A DNA stretch of 64,000 nt from Candidatus Aceula lacicola (GTDB taxonomy: Bacteria; Omnitrophota; Gorgyraeia; Zapsychrales; Aceulaceae): positions 2,826-66,825 of the forward strand of contig JAVCCC010000028.1 in NCBI GenBank assembly GCA_030765785.1, read 5' to 3'. This document shows, in pieces, positions 43,501 through 52,806 of this stretch. The notes beneath the pieces were generated by a model. It ran no database searches, was not told where the DNA came from, and was given only the letters and a program-made list of their open reading frames with translations. Both the position numbers and the translations under genes were made by a program. Numbering within the stretch: position 1 is the stretch's first letter; every line of letters starts with the position of its first letter.

Positions 43501-45046
43501 AATAAAGGAGTTGTGGTTTTTCAGATAAAACCGCCAATGGCGTATCACAGCCCATAGAACCAATAGGCTCGGATCCTTTCACTGCCATCGGAGCCAGAAT
43601 TAACTTAAGATCCTCGCGAGTATATCCAAAAATGCGTTGACGTAAAGCCAGAGTCGATTTATCAACAGGCAAAGAAACGACATCGTTAAAGAATCCATGC
43701 AGCTCAATCTTATTTTCCTGTACCCACCTTCTGTAAGGTTGACGACGAGAATAAAACGTTTTTATCTCCGTGTCTTTTAAAACACGTTTTTTCTCCAAAT
43801 CAACTAAAATAATTTCTCCTGGCCGCAAAGACCCTTTTTCAGCAACGTTTTTAGGATCAATGTCTAAAACTCCAGTCTCGGAAGCTAAGACCATAAACCC
43901 ATCTTTAGTAATTGTATAACGACAAGGACGCAGGCCGTTGCGATCCGATAGCGCCCCTACAACATGACCGTTGCTAAAGGCAACAGCAGCAGGCCCATCC
44001 CAGGGCTCCATAAGTCCTGCGTGATATTCAAAAAACTTTCTTAAATCTGGACCAACAGGATATTTGACACCCCAAGCCTGAGGAATCATCATCATCATTG
44101 CATGAGGCAAGTCTCGTCCGCCATTAGCTAAAAGTTCTAAAGCATTATCCAAACAAGCTGAATCGCTACCATTAGGATCAATAATCGGCAATATTTTCTT
44201 TATATCCTCACCAAAAAGATCCGATGATAAAAGCTTTTCGCGAGATTGCATTTCATTCAAATTACCACGCAAGGTATTGATCTCGCCATTATGCGCCAAA
44301 TAACGAAACGGCTGAGCCAATTTCCATGAAGGAAATGTATTCGTGCTATAGCGTTGATGAACAACAGCTAAAGCACTAGCTAGCAATGGATCTTCAAGGT
44401 CTCTATAAAAAGCGGAAACCTGCGTAGCCATCATCAACCCTTTATAAATAATTGTCTGATGAGAAAAACTTGGAATATAAAACTGATCTCCTAAAGATAA
44501 TCTCTCTTGGACTTTATGCTCAATTTCTTTGCGCAATACGTATAATTTTCGCTCAAAAGCTTCTGGGCCAAGATTCTCGCAAGAAACAAAACATTGCACG
44601 ATAAAAGGTTGTTCTTCTCGAGCCTTTTCCCCTAGCGTAGAACTTTCCACTGGAACAGCTCGCCAGCCCAAGAATTTCAAACCTTCCTGCGCCGCAATTT
44701 CTTCAGTAATCTCCTGACAAATATTGCGTAAATCGTTTGCTTGAGGCAAAAACATCATAGCAACGCCATAGCTTCCCTGTTCAGGCAAAGTAATCTTAAG
44801 CGCTTGGCATTCTTTTTGAAAAAAATCATCCGGGATTTGTATCAAAATCCCTGCGCCATCACCAGTCTTAGCATCTCCACCAGTAGCACCACGATGAAGA
44901 AGGTTCTCTAAAACTTTAATAGAGCGAACAATGATATCGTGAGATTTTCTTCCATCAATATTGACAAGAAATCCCACTCCGCAGCTATCGTGTTCAAATG
45001 CTGAATCGTATAATCCTTGATTGAGAGGAAAATTAAATTTTTTCAT
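40508..45046 (-). CDS. gltB: Glutamate synthase large (alpha) subunit
   Basis: 1512 aa. N-terminal Cys1 Ntn amidotransferase (CGVGF), FMN domain and GXGXG C-terminal domain. Confidence 0.9.
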   Translation of the reverse strand: MKKFNFPLNQGLYDSAFEHDSCGVGFLVNIDGRKSHDIIVRSIKVLENLLHRGATGGDAKTGDGAGILIQIPDDFFQKECQALKITLPEQGSYGVAMMFLPQANDLRNICQEITEEIAAQEGLKFLGWRAVPVESSTLGEKAREEQPFIVQCFVSCENLGPEAFERKLYVLRKEIEHKVQERLSLGDQFYIPSFSHQTIIYKGLMMATQVSAFYRDLEDPLLASALAVVHQRYSTNTFPSWKLAQPFRYLAHNGEINTLRGNLNEMQSREKLLSSDLFGEDIKKILPIIDPNGSDSACLDNALELLANGGRDLPHAMMMMIPQAWGVKYPVGPDLRKFFEYHAGLMEPWDGPAAVAFSNGHVVGALSDRNGLRPCRYTITKDGFMVLASETGVLDIDPKNVAEKGSLRPGEIILVDLEKKRVLKDTEIKTFYSRRQPYRRWVQENKIELHGFFNDVVSLPVDKSTLALRQRIFGYTREDLKLILAPMAVKGSEPIGSMGCDTPLAVLSEKPQLLYSYFKQLFAQITNPAIDPIREELVMSLMTFMGKFGNILTEVPQNARLIKLMHPILSNEDLERVSSLKLKDFWTTTLQMGFLRQGNGEDLGEALDKLRRVAATAVRNGCSLLILSDRNLPDGLIPISTLLVVSAIHQHLINEGLRSQVGLVVETAEAREVHHVALLLGYGATAINPYLAFETVVDMAQRKMLEKGVSTTKALENYIHALCKGLLKIMSKMGISTLRSYRGAQVFEAVGLSRDIVEKYFTGTVSSIEGIGLDEVAKEANLRYEQALEDSRVDSDALANGGQYAFRRDGERHLWTPEAIYKLQTATRNNDTKLYKEYAQLINDQTKKQSTLRGLFKFKKTKAISIEEVEPVSSIVKRFVTSAMSFGSISREAHETLAIAMNRMNARSNSGEGGEDPARYKPLPNGDSKCSEVKQVASGRFGVTAEYLVNAKELQIKIAQGAKPGEGGQLPGHKVNEEIARVRYSTPGVTLISPPPHHDIYSIEDIKQLIFDLKNVNPKARVSVKLVSEAGVGTIAAGVAKAHADMVLISGHDGGTGASPLSSIKYAGAPWELGLAETQQTLVLNNLRSRIRIQADSQMKTGRDVVIASLLGAEEFGFATAPLVVCGCVMMRNCHMNTCSVGIATQDPQLRKNFSGKPEYLVNFFSMIAEEVREYMAQLGVKTMDELVGRSDLLEVNEAIDFWKAKGLDFSRILTQVVQKENSDVRCREAQDHGIEKVLDKKLIELAREALEKKEPVFIEMPIFNTNLTTGAMLSGEIARRYGQEGLPEDTIVCHFQGAAGQSFGAFLSKGIKFILEGESNDYLGKGLCGGKIVVKPYKKSTYNPGENAICGNVLLYGATSGEAYIHGCVGERFAIRNSGVYVVVEGVGDHGCEYMTEGRVVILGETGVNFAAGMSGGIAYIYDPDNKLDGRCNLDMVDLELVRDVKDIVELKNMIEKHFSYTQSQKAKDILDNWDQALPSFVKVFPMEYRRVLGKMMKEDEAIEREEKVFK

Positions 45047-45078
45047 AATTTAAATTTATTAACTTTTAAAAACACCCA

Positions 45079-46773
45079 TCACATATTTTTCTTTTCTTGA
45101 TATCGATTCGTAATCGGCAAGCGACGATCCCGACCAAATGCTTTAGGTGTAATTTTAATCCCCGGAGGAGATTGCCGACGCTTATACTCCACACAATCAA
45201 CAAGTCCAATAATCTTTTTCGCAAGGTTACCATTAATCTTTTTTTTCTTCAACGACTTTAAACTCGAATCTCCTTCAACATAAGCCTCAAGAATAGAATC
45301 CAAAACATCATAAGGCGGAAGGCTATCCTGATCTTTTTGTCCTTTTTTAAGCTCTGCTGTAGGAGCTCTTTTAATAATACTTTTAGGAATCAGATCTAAA
45401 CCTTCTTTTTGATTACGATAATCAACCAACTTATAAACTTTTGTTTTAGGAACATCTTTAATCGGTGCAAATCCACCTGCCATATCACCATAAAGAGTGC
45501 AATATCCAACAGCAAATTCACTTTTGTTGCCTGTTGTTAAAACAAGATGTCCAAATTTATTAGAAAGGGCCATTAAAATATTACCTCGAATACGTGCTTG
45601 TAAATTTTCTTCAGCAATATTTACTTTTTGTCCTAAAAATGACTTCTTTAGCGCTTGAACATAACTTTGATACACTTGTTTTATTGGTATTTCAATAAAA
45701 TCGATTCCAAGATTCTTTGCTAATCTTTGCGCGTCTTCTCTTGTTCCTTTCGATGTATGCTGCGATGGCATAGAGACACCTAAAACATTTTCTTTGCCAA
45801 TTGCATCACTTGCAATTGTAGCAACCAAAGCAGAATCAATCCCACCACTAATTCCAAGAGTAATCTTTTTAAACCCATTTTTAATAATATAATCACGCGT
45901 TCCACAAACAAGGGCATTATAAATTTCTTCGTTTACACTTATTCTTTTCTTTTTCTTTGACTTAATAAAAACCTTTTCTGTAGATACATCTTGCTTAAGC
46001 ACGCATATTTTTACATTCTTAGAAATTTTCTTTTCTTTAGCTTCAATATCAACAACAATTAAATCATCTTTAAACTGTCGTCCCTCTGCTAAAACCTCCC
46101 CTTTAGGGCTAACAACAACACTCGATCCATCAAAAACAAGCTCATCTTGTCCACCAACAAGATTACAACAACAAACAAATGCTTTTACTTGTTTTGCCCG
46201 CTTAACAAGAAGAGATCGACGCTCAATGGTTTTGCCGCAACAATATGGAGAAGCCGAAAGATTTAAAAGTATTTGTGAACCATCTTTAACTTGTTTAGCA
46301 GACAACCCTTTTTCTTCCCAAATGTCTTCACAAATACTTATGCCAAAACGAATTCCATCCAAAGAAAAAATAGGATTCTTTTCCCCTTTAAAAAAATAAC
46401 GCTTTTCATCAAAAACTCCATAATTAGGAAGACATTCTTTTGCATAAACACCCTTAATCTTTCCACTAGAAATAACAGCAGCAGAATTATAAAGTTTTTT
46501 ATTACGTTTACGATCCACAAACCCAACAACAACAATAATATCTTTTATTTTTGAAGCAAGACTGTGGAGTACCTTTATATTATCATCAACAAAATGTTTT
46601 TTAAAAAGCAAGTCCTCCGGTGGATAACCTGTGATACTAAGCTCTGGAAAAACAACCACGTCAGCGTCTACCTGCTTAGCGGTTTCCACAAAACTCAAAA
46701 TCTCCTTGGCATTCTGATAAAGATCGCCAACAATTGTATTCATTTGTGCAAGTGCGATTCTTATTTTTTTCAT
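45079..46773 (-). CDS. nadE: Glutamine-dependent NAD+ synthetase (nitrilase + NAD synthetase domains)
   Basis: N-terminal CN-hydrolase domain (RIALAQMN). PP-loop SGGIDSA in the C-terminal half. Confidence 0.85.
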   Translation of the reverse strand: MKKIRIALAQMNTIVGDLYQNAKEILSFVETAKQVDADVVVFPELSITGYPPEDLLFKKHFVDDNIKVLHSLASKIKDIIVVVGFVDRKRNKKLYNSAAVISSGKIKGVYAKECLPNYGVFDEKRYFFKGEKNPIFSLDGIRFGISICEDIWEEKGLSAKQVKDGSQILLNLSASPYCCGKTIERRSLLVKRAKQVKAFVCCCNLVGGQDELVFDGSSVVVSPKGEVLAEGRQFKDDLIVVDIEAKEKKISKNVKICVLKQDVSTEKVFIKSKKKKRISVNEEIYNALVCGTRDYIIKNGFKKITLGISGGIDSALVATIASDAIGKENVLGVSMPSQHTSKGTREDAQRLAKNLGIDFIEIPIKQVYQSYVQALKKSFLGQKVNIAEENLQARIRGNILMALSNKFGHLVLTTGNKSEFAVGYCTLYGDMAGGFAPIKDVPKTKVYKLVDYRNQKEGLDLIPKSIIKRAPTAELKKGQKDQDSLPPYDVLDSILEAYVEGDSSLKSLKKKKINGNLAKKIIGLVDCVEYKRRQSPPGIKITPKAFGRDRRLPITNRYQEKKNM

Positions 46774-46877
46774 TTTTTTGCCTACTTTTTATACAATAAA
46801 TTTCAAAAAAACTTAAAGATTCCAAAGCCTTCAATATCAACATACTTTTTAAAAAAAATCATAAATCTTTCCTAAAA

Positions 46878-48971
46878 TTAAAGCATAAACAACATCTCAG
46901 CATAAGATGGAAGCGGCCAAATATCTGACGGAACTAATCCTTCAAGAGTATCAATTGGCTGACGTAATCTTTCCATTGCTTGTTTTGTCTTAACGCCATC
47001 CTTTTTTGCAATAATTGCCTCTAATTTATCCACATTAACCAAAGCCATCTCCACTTGCCTTGTAATTTCCTTAAGTAATTTACGAGACGCTGTTGACTTT
47101 GTTTTATTTACAGACTCAACTGATCGAATTGTTTCAGCTAATTGATTTTGATATTCAATAGCAACTGGCAAAATCATAGTTTTTGCCATATCCGCTGCAA
47201 GTCGCCCTTCAAAATCTAGAATCGTCTCATATATTGCCTTATACACTTCATAACGAGAAGCTAACTCTTTTCTAGTTAAAACTTTCTGTCTTTCAAACAA
47301 AGCTGGAATCTCAGGTTTCTTTAAAATCTCCAAAGCTTCTGACGTATTCTTTAAGTTCGAAAGACCTCTTTTCTTAGCCTCCTTAACCCAATCTTCTGTA
47401 TAATTATCTCCATTAAAGATAACTCGTTTATGCTCTTTAATAATACTCTTTAAAAGATTCTGAACAGATACATTAAAATCTTTTTTATCTTTTTCTAACG
47501 TTTCACACATTTCATCTAAAACATCAGCAACAATCGTATTTAAAACAATGTTTGGTCCGGCCAAATTTGTATTAGAACCTACCGCACGAAATTCAAACTT
47601 AGCACCTGTAAATGCAAAAGGAGACGTTCTATTGCGATCTGTTACGTCTCTTGGCAACATTGGCAAAGAATCTACCCCAATTTCTAAGACACCACCTTTT
47701 TTAGATGTTCTTGCACCACCTTTTTCAATCTGCTCAATAATATCTGTAAGCTGATCACCTAAAAAGATAGATATAATAGCAGGCGGTGCTTCGTGAGAAC
47801 CAAGTCTGTGATCATTTCCTGCCGATGCGATAGAAACACGCAACAGTTCTGCGTACTTATCAACAGCCTTAATTACAGCACAAAGCACAACTAAAAATTT
47901 TGCATTATCATGAGGATTATCCCCTGGAGCAAGCCAGTTTTTTCCATCAGGCCCAACAATAGCCCAATTATTGTGCTTACCAGAACCATTGATTCCAGCA
48001 AAAGGTTTTTCATGAAGAAGACAAACAAAGCCATGCTTCTCTGCAACCTTTTGAGCAATTTCCATACAAATCATATTATGATCAACAGCTAAATTAAGAC
48101 TTTCAAAAACTGGAGCTAACTCATACTGCGCTGGCGCAACTTCATTGTGTCGAGTCTTTGCAGGAATACCCATTCTCCACATCTCTCGATCAAATTCTTC
48201 CATAAAACCCATAATCCGAGTTTTAATAGCTCCAAAATAATGATCTGACATCTGCTGATGCTTGGCTGGCTCTTTACCAAAAAGAGTGCGCCCTGTCTGA
48301 ACAAGGTCGATTCTTTGATAATAATAGTCTCTATCGATTAAGAAGTATTCTTGTTCACCCCCAAGCGTCGCATACGATTGTTTTCCTTTTGAACTAATAC
48401 CGAACAGCTCTCCTAGACGACAAACTTGCTTTGACAAAGCTTTCATAGAACGCAACAAAGGCGTCTTTTTATCCAATGATTCACCATGCCATCCAACAAA
48501 ATACGTTGGAATACAAAGCGTTGCACTCTCAGGCCCTTCTTTAATAAAAGCAGGGCTTGTTGGATCCCATCCAGTATAGCCACGTGCTTCAAATGTTGCA
48601 CGAAGACCACCTGATGGAAAACTAGAAGCATCTGGCTCACCTTGAGTTAATTCCTTTCCAGAAAACTTTAAAATAACTCCCCCCTCACCATCTGGAGTAA
48701 TAAAAGAATCATGTTTTTCTGCTGTTGTTCCTGTCAAAGGCTGAAACCAATGTGTAAAATGAGTCGCTCCCTTGGAAACAGCCCACGTCTTCATCGCATC
48801 AGCCACTTCGTCTGCAATCGACGAATCAAGAGTTCCCCCTTGTCTAATTGTTACACTTAAAGATTTATACGCTTTTTCAGATAAATAATTGCGCATCACT
48901 TTAAGACTAAATACATTTTCACCGTAAAAATCTGCTACCGTCTCAACATTTTTCTTAGATCTTGCTTTCAT
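46878..48971 (-). CDS. glnA: Glutamine synthetase, type III
   Basis: 697 aa, the GSIII size class. GS catalytic-domain motifs in the central and C-terminal region. Confidence 0.7.
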   Translation of the reverse strand: MKARSKKNVETVADFYGENVFSLKVMRNYLSEKAYKSLSVTIRQGGTLDSSIADEVADAMKTWAVSKGATHFTHWFQPLTGTTAEKHDSFITPDGEGGVILKFSGKELTQGEPDASSFPSGGLRATFEARGYTGWDPTSPAFIKEGPESATLCIPTYFVGWHGESLDKKTPLLRSMKALSKQVCRLGELFGISSKGKQSYATLGGEQEYFLIDRDYYYQRIDLVQTGRTLFGKEPAKHQQMSDHYFGAIKTRIMGFMEEFDREMWRMGIPAKTRHNEVAPAQYELAPVFESLNLAVDHNMICMEIAQKVAEKHGFVCLLHEKPFAGINGSGKHNNWAIVGPDGKNWLAPGDNPHDNAKFLVVLCAVIKAVDKYAELLRVSIASAGNDHRLGSHEAPPAIISIFLGDQLTDIIEQIEKGGARTSKKGGVLEIGVDSLPMLPRDVTDRNRTSPFAFTGAKFEFRAVGSNTNLAGPNIVLNTIVADVLDEMCETLEKDKKDFNVSVQNLLKSIIKEHKRVIFNGDNYTEDWVKEAKKRGLSNLKNTSEALEILKKPEIPALFERQKVLTRKELASRYEVYKAIYETILDFEGRLAADMAKTMILPVAIEYQNQLAETIRSVESVNKTKSTASRKLLKEITRQVEMALVNVDKLEAIIAKKDGVKTKQAMERLRQPIDTLEGLVPSDIWPLPSYAEMLFML

Positions 48972-49103
48972 GCATTCCTCCTATTTAATATTCTAAGATT
49001 CAAATCCTCTGCCATCTCTTCCCTATAAATATATCAGTCTTTTAAAACTTTCTTTTCTACAAAAAACAAAAAAAGTCACTACCAAGCTACTCAAGAAACT
49101 TAC

Positions 49104-49445
49104 TTATCCTATCGCTTCGCTTCCTTCTTCTTCTGTCCGAATGCGGATACATCGAGGCAAATCTAAAACAAAAATCTTTCCATCTCCAATATTGCCAGTT
49201 TTTGCACCCTTAATAATCGCCTGGACTGTTGGCTCAGCATACTCTTTGTTAACTGCGATTTCAAGTCGAACTTTTTTGAGCAAATTAACTTCGTGAACGA
49301 TTCCACGATAAGTCTCACTATACCCTTTTTGCTGACCGCAGCCAAGAACATTCATAATAGTCATTTTATGGACATCCGCTTCAAATAACGACTTTTTAAC
49401 ATCTGGCAATTTGTGTGGTTGAATCATTGCAATGATTAACTTCAT
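49104..49445 (-). CDS. glnK: Nitrogen regulatory protein P-II
   Basis: From Met8 ([10 protein letters not shown]...) it gives a 113-aa canonical PII. GGAGGA RBS 8 nt upstream of this ATG. T-loop region [12 protein letters not shown]. Confidence 0.8.
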   Translation of the reverse strand: MKLIIAMIQPHKLPDVKKSLFEADVHKMTIMNVLGCGQQKGYSETYRGIVHEVNLLKKVRLEIAVNKEYAEPTVQAIIKGAKTGNIGDGKIFVLDLPRCIRIRTEEEGSEAIG

Positions 49446-49475
49446 GATATTTTCCTCCATTAACATAAGATTGTT

Positions 49476-50738
49476 TTATTGTGTTGTAAAGATCTGAAAT
49501 CCTGTATAAGACTCCATTCCATGTTCACCGATGTCTAAACCTTTAAGCTCTTCTTCTTCGCTAACACGCAAACCAATTGTTGCGTCAATAAGCTTAAAAA
49601 TAATTCCCATCGTAACACCGACAAAACCAACCACAGCAAGAACTCCCAATGCTTGAATGCCAAGCTGAGTTAAGCCTCCTCCATAAAACAATCCATTAGT
49701 GGAAACACCTAAAGCTGCCTTACCAAAAAGTCCAACTGACAAAGTTCCCCAAATGCCATTTATGCCATGAACGGGAAAAGCTCCCACAGGATCATCAATG
49801 CGAAACTTATCTAAAAGAACAACCCCCAAAACAACCAAAACACCTCCAACACCGCCAATCACAATAGCTGCCCAAGGATCAATGAAAGCACAAGGAGCTG
49901 TAACAGCTACAAGACCCGCCAAAGCACCATTCATAGCCATAGAGAGATCTGGTTTTCCAAACATTCTCCAAACAACCAGCATAGCCACAATGCCTCCAGC
50001 TGCTGCTGCTAAATTCGTGTTAATTGCAATTCGTGCAATTAAACTACCATCTCCAACGCCTAGTGTTGACCCTGGATTAAATCCAAACCATCCAAACCAT
50101 AAAATGAAAACACCCAAAGCTGCCAGCGGAATATTATGACCCGCAATAGCATTAACGCTTCCATCTGTATTATATTTTCCAATGCGTGATTTTAAAATTA
50201 TGGTTCCAATCAGTGCTGCAACACCCCCAACAGTATGAACAACCGTTGAACCGGCAAAATCTGCAAAACCAAAATTAGCCAACCATCCACCACCCCAAAT
50301 CCAATGACCAACAATTGGATAAATAAAAGCAGAAATTAAAAACGAATATATCAAATAAGCTTGAAATTTCATGCGTTCAGCCATGCCGCCTGCCACAATC
50401 GTTGCAGCTGCTCCACAAAACACAGCCTGAAACAACCAGAACGCATACAGGGGAACATCCGCTGCAGATTCAGCACCAACCAAAAACCATCCGCTTGTTC
50501 CCATGAAACTATTTCCAACACCAAACATAATGGCATATCCAAAGATAAAAAACCCTAAAGATGCCATACAAAAATCTAAAAAATTCTTTGTCAAAATATT
50601 GCAAGTATTTTTGGCCCGTATAAAACCGGCCTCAACCATGCCAAATCCTGCCTGCATAAAAAACACTAAAAAAGATGCAATGAGCACCCACATGGTGTCA
50701 ATGCCTGTACGAATACTAATTAAATCACTTGGGTTCAT
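49476..50738 (-). CDS. amtB: Ammonium transporter
   Basis: 420 aa with 11 TM helices. Amt signature in the N-terminal region. Confidence 0.9.
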   Translation of the reverse strand: MNPSDLISIRTGIDTMWVLIASFLVFFMQAGFGMVEAGFIRAKNTCNILTKNFLDFCMASLGFFIFGYAIMFGVGNSFMGTSGWFLVGAESAADVPLYAFWLFQAVFCGAAATIVAGGMAERMKFQAYLIYSFLISAFIYPIVGHWIWGGGWLANFGFADFAGSTVVHTVGGVAALIGTIILKSRIGKYNTDGSVNAIAGHNIPLAALGVFILWFGWFGFNPGSTLGVGDGSLIARIAINTNLAAAAGGIVAMLVVWRMFGKPDLSMAMNGALAGLVAVTAPCAFIDPWAAIVIGGVGGVLVVLGVVLLDKFRIDDPVGAFPVHGINGIWGTLSVGLFGKAALGVSTNGLFYGGGLTQLGIQALGVLAVVGFVGVTMGIIFKLIDATIGLRVSEEEELKGLDIGEHGMESYTGFQIFTTQ

Positions 50739-51009
50739 TTCCGCCCTCCTTGTTTTGGAGGATTTTCTTAAAAAAGAAAATCCTCAAGTTAAAGCCTAAA
50801 CACACCATCAGTGGCTCTTCTTGAGGACGTCATTGCCCAGTTTAAAACAAAAAAGCCCAACCTTTCTCCTATGCTTCTCGTTGGAAAAATGTTGGACATC
50901 CTTGCCCAAATAAAAAACCCTCTCAACCTTTCATTAGATCAAGAGGACTCCTTTGCCCTATTACTGATCTAAATATACAACATTCTAAAAAAATGTCAAG
51001 TGCAAAAAA
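50739..51009 (-). promoter_or_regulatory. Promoter + attenuator-like leader of amtB-glnK-glnA (candidate ANTAR target)
   Basis: Minus strand: TTGACA (50994-50999), 16-nt spacer, TATATT (50972-50977). The ~225-nt leader has a 7-bp stem TAGATCA...TGATCTA and two GC-stem plus U-tract elements: GGGUUUUUUAUUU (50908-50920) and GGGCUUUUUUGUUUU (50844-50858). Confidence 0.4.
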
Positions 51010-52254
51010 TCAAGATTTTTTCTGAAGCTCATCCATCAAAACAATAGACTCTGCAATTTCTTTCATTGTCTTACAAGAATTCATGCTCTTTTTATGAATC
51101 ACTTTATGCGCCTCTTCTTCAGCCAGTCCTTGCATGCGCATCAAGATCCCCTTAGCCCGCTCAACAAGCTTACGAGTTTCAAGCGCTTCTTTAGCTTTAA
51201 CAGTCTCCTCAACAAGCTTAGTGTTTTCAATAGCAATCGCTGCCTGATTTGAAACCATTTGAAGAACGCTAATCTCTTCTTGCGAAAAAACATGCGGTCT
51301 TTTTGTATAAATATTGATAACACCAATCACGCGATCTTTAACAATCATAGGCACCGACAACATTGAACTTAAATGTTCTTTTTCTGCAAGATTTCGATAC
51401 GCATACTTCTCTTCCATGCGTACATCAAAATACATTTTAGCTTTTTTTGCCTTAACAGCTTCTCCGCTTAATGATTTTGATACTTTTACATTAGGCTTTT
51501 TCTTATAATCTTCACTTAAAGACTGCGTTGCCTTAATCGAAAGCTCCTGCTTCTTTTCATCTAAAAGCATAACCGAACAAATTTTAGAATCTAGCATTTC
51601 TGCCGTAACAACAACAATCAAACTCAAAATTTCATCTAAATAGCTTTCCGAAGTAATCGACTGACTCACCTTCATTAATTTATCAAATTGAATAGCCTTT
51701 TTCTTTGTCTCAGCATACAGCCTAGCATTCTCAATAACTCCGCTAACTTGTTTTGCAATAGTAGAAATTAAGCTAACAATACTCAGCGGAAAATCATATA
51801 CCCTTTTATGCTGTGCATTGATAACACCGATGGCAGACCCTTTATGCAAAATAGGAATCGAAAGAAAAGCTTCATATTGATCTTCAGGAAGAACATCAAA
51901 ATTCTTAAAACGAGAATCCTTGTACGCATTCTCCTTAATCTGGACTGTTTTATTCTCCTTAGCAACCCAACCTGTAATACCTTCGCCTACCTTTAAAGTA
52001 ATAGCACCAAGTTCTTTTTTATGAGGCGTTTTTGAAGCCATTAAAGTCAAAATCCTTCTTTTATTATCAAAAAGATAAATAAAAACAGAATCTACTTTTG
52101 TAATCGTATTAATAATTTTAACAACTTCACCCAAAACAAAGCTTAAATCTAGATCGGAACTTGTCAAATCAACAATTTTACTCAAAATCTCTATCTGCCG
52201 AGCCTGAGTGATTGCTGTTTTACCAGATTTCTTTATTTTTCTTTTTTCAACCAT
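51010..52254 (-). CDS. GAF-GAF-ANTAR RNA-binding antitermination regulator
   Basis: C-terminal ANTAR helix motif (LETRKLVERAKGILMRMQGLAEEEAHKVIHKKSM). Two GAF-like domains upstream. Confidence 0.7.
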   Translation of the reverse strand: MVEKRKIKKSGKTAITQARQIEILSKIVDLTSSDLDLSFVLGEVVKIINTITKVDSVFIYLFDNKRRILTLMASKTPHKKELGAITLKVGEGITGWVAKENKTVQIKENAYKDSRFKNFDVLPEDQYEAFLSIPILHKGSAIGVINAQHKRVYDFPLSIVSLISTIAKQVSGVIENARLYAETKKKAIQFDKLMKVSQSITSESYLDEILSLIVVVTAEMLDSKICSVMLLDEKKQELSIKATQSLSEDYKKKPNVKVSKSLSGEAVKAKKAKMYFDVRMEEKYAYRNLAEKEHLSSMLSVPMIVKDRVIGVINIYTKRPHVFSQEEISVLQMVSNQAAIAIENTKLVEETVKAKEALETRKLVERAKGILMRMQGLAEEEAHKVIHKKSMNSCKTMKEIAESIVLMDELQKKS

Positions 52255-52351
52255 AATGATTCCAAGAATATTAATATCAACAACTTATCGCATATTTTAA
52301 CATAAAAAAACAAAACTTCCAATTCCTTTAAAAACACGCTAAAATATTAAT

Positions 52352-52720
52352 ATGCAAAAAAAGATTTTAATTATTGATGATGACCCCGTCCAGACAAAAC
52401 TTTTAGAAACAAAACTTCCTGAAAATGGATATCTTTTTTTATCAGCTACCAAAGCAGCTGTCGGCCTTCAAATGGCTATAAATAAACACCCAGATTTAAT
52501 TATTTTAGATGTTATGATGCCTATCATCAACGGCTATAATCTCTGTCAACTTCTTAAGAACGACCCTACACATAAAAATATTCCAATCATTCTTCTAACT
52601 TCTCGCGATAAAGAAAAAGACATCGAGATTGGTCGCAATGTCGGGGCAGACGCCTACCTTATAAAACCAGTCAGCATCTCTTCTTTGTTAGAAAAAATAA
52701 AAGAACTTCTAAAAAACTAA
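52352..52720 (+). CDS. Single-domain response regulator (CheY-like receiver)
   Basis: DDDP...DVMMP...LLTS...K receiver motifs. 122 aa, no output domain. Confidence 0.7.
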   Translation: MQKKILIIDDDPVQTKLLETKLPENGYLFLSATKAAVGLQMAINKHPDLIILDVMMPIINGYNLCQLLKNDPTHKNIPIILLTSRDKEKDIEIGRNVGADAYLIKPVSISSLLEKIKELLKN

Positions 52721-52733
52721 CTAATGTCATTAA

Positions 52734-52757
52734 CCCCAACACGTTTCACGTGTGGGG
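52734..52757. repeat. Palindromic element CCCCAACACGTTTCACGTGTGGGG (copy 2 of 2, inverted relative to copy 1)
   Basis: Its reverse complement CCCCACACGTGAAACGTGTTGGGG matches 28999-29020. Confidence 0.5.
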
Positions 52758-52806
52758 TAAATTCGCACAGCACCTTGCATTCACTTTATTCCGCAAGACT
52801 GCGTAC

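Noticed and set aside
46291-46875. Several small ORFs in and after nadE (46291..46554, 46338..46535, 46564..46875)
   Set aside because: AT-rich low-complexity translations (poly-N/I/F). They are antisense to or overlapping nadE and its short intergenic spacer.
49446-49466. N-terminal extension MLMEENI on PII
   Set aside because: Canonical PII begins MK.I.AIIKP. A GGAGGA RBS precedes the internal Met at 49443-49445, and the extension would include the RBS.
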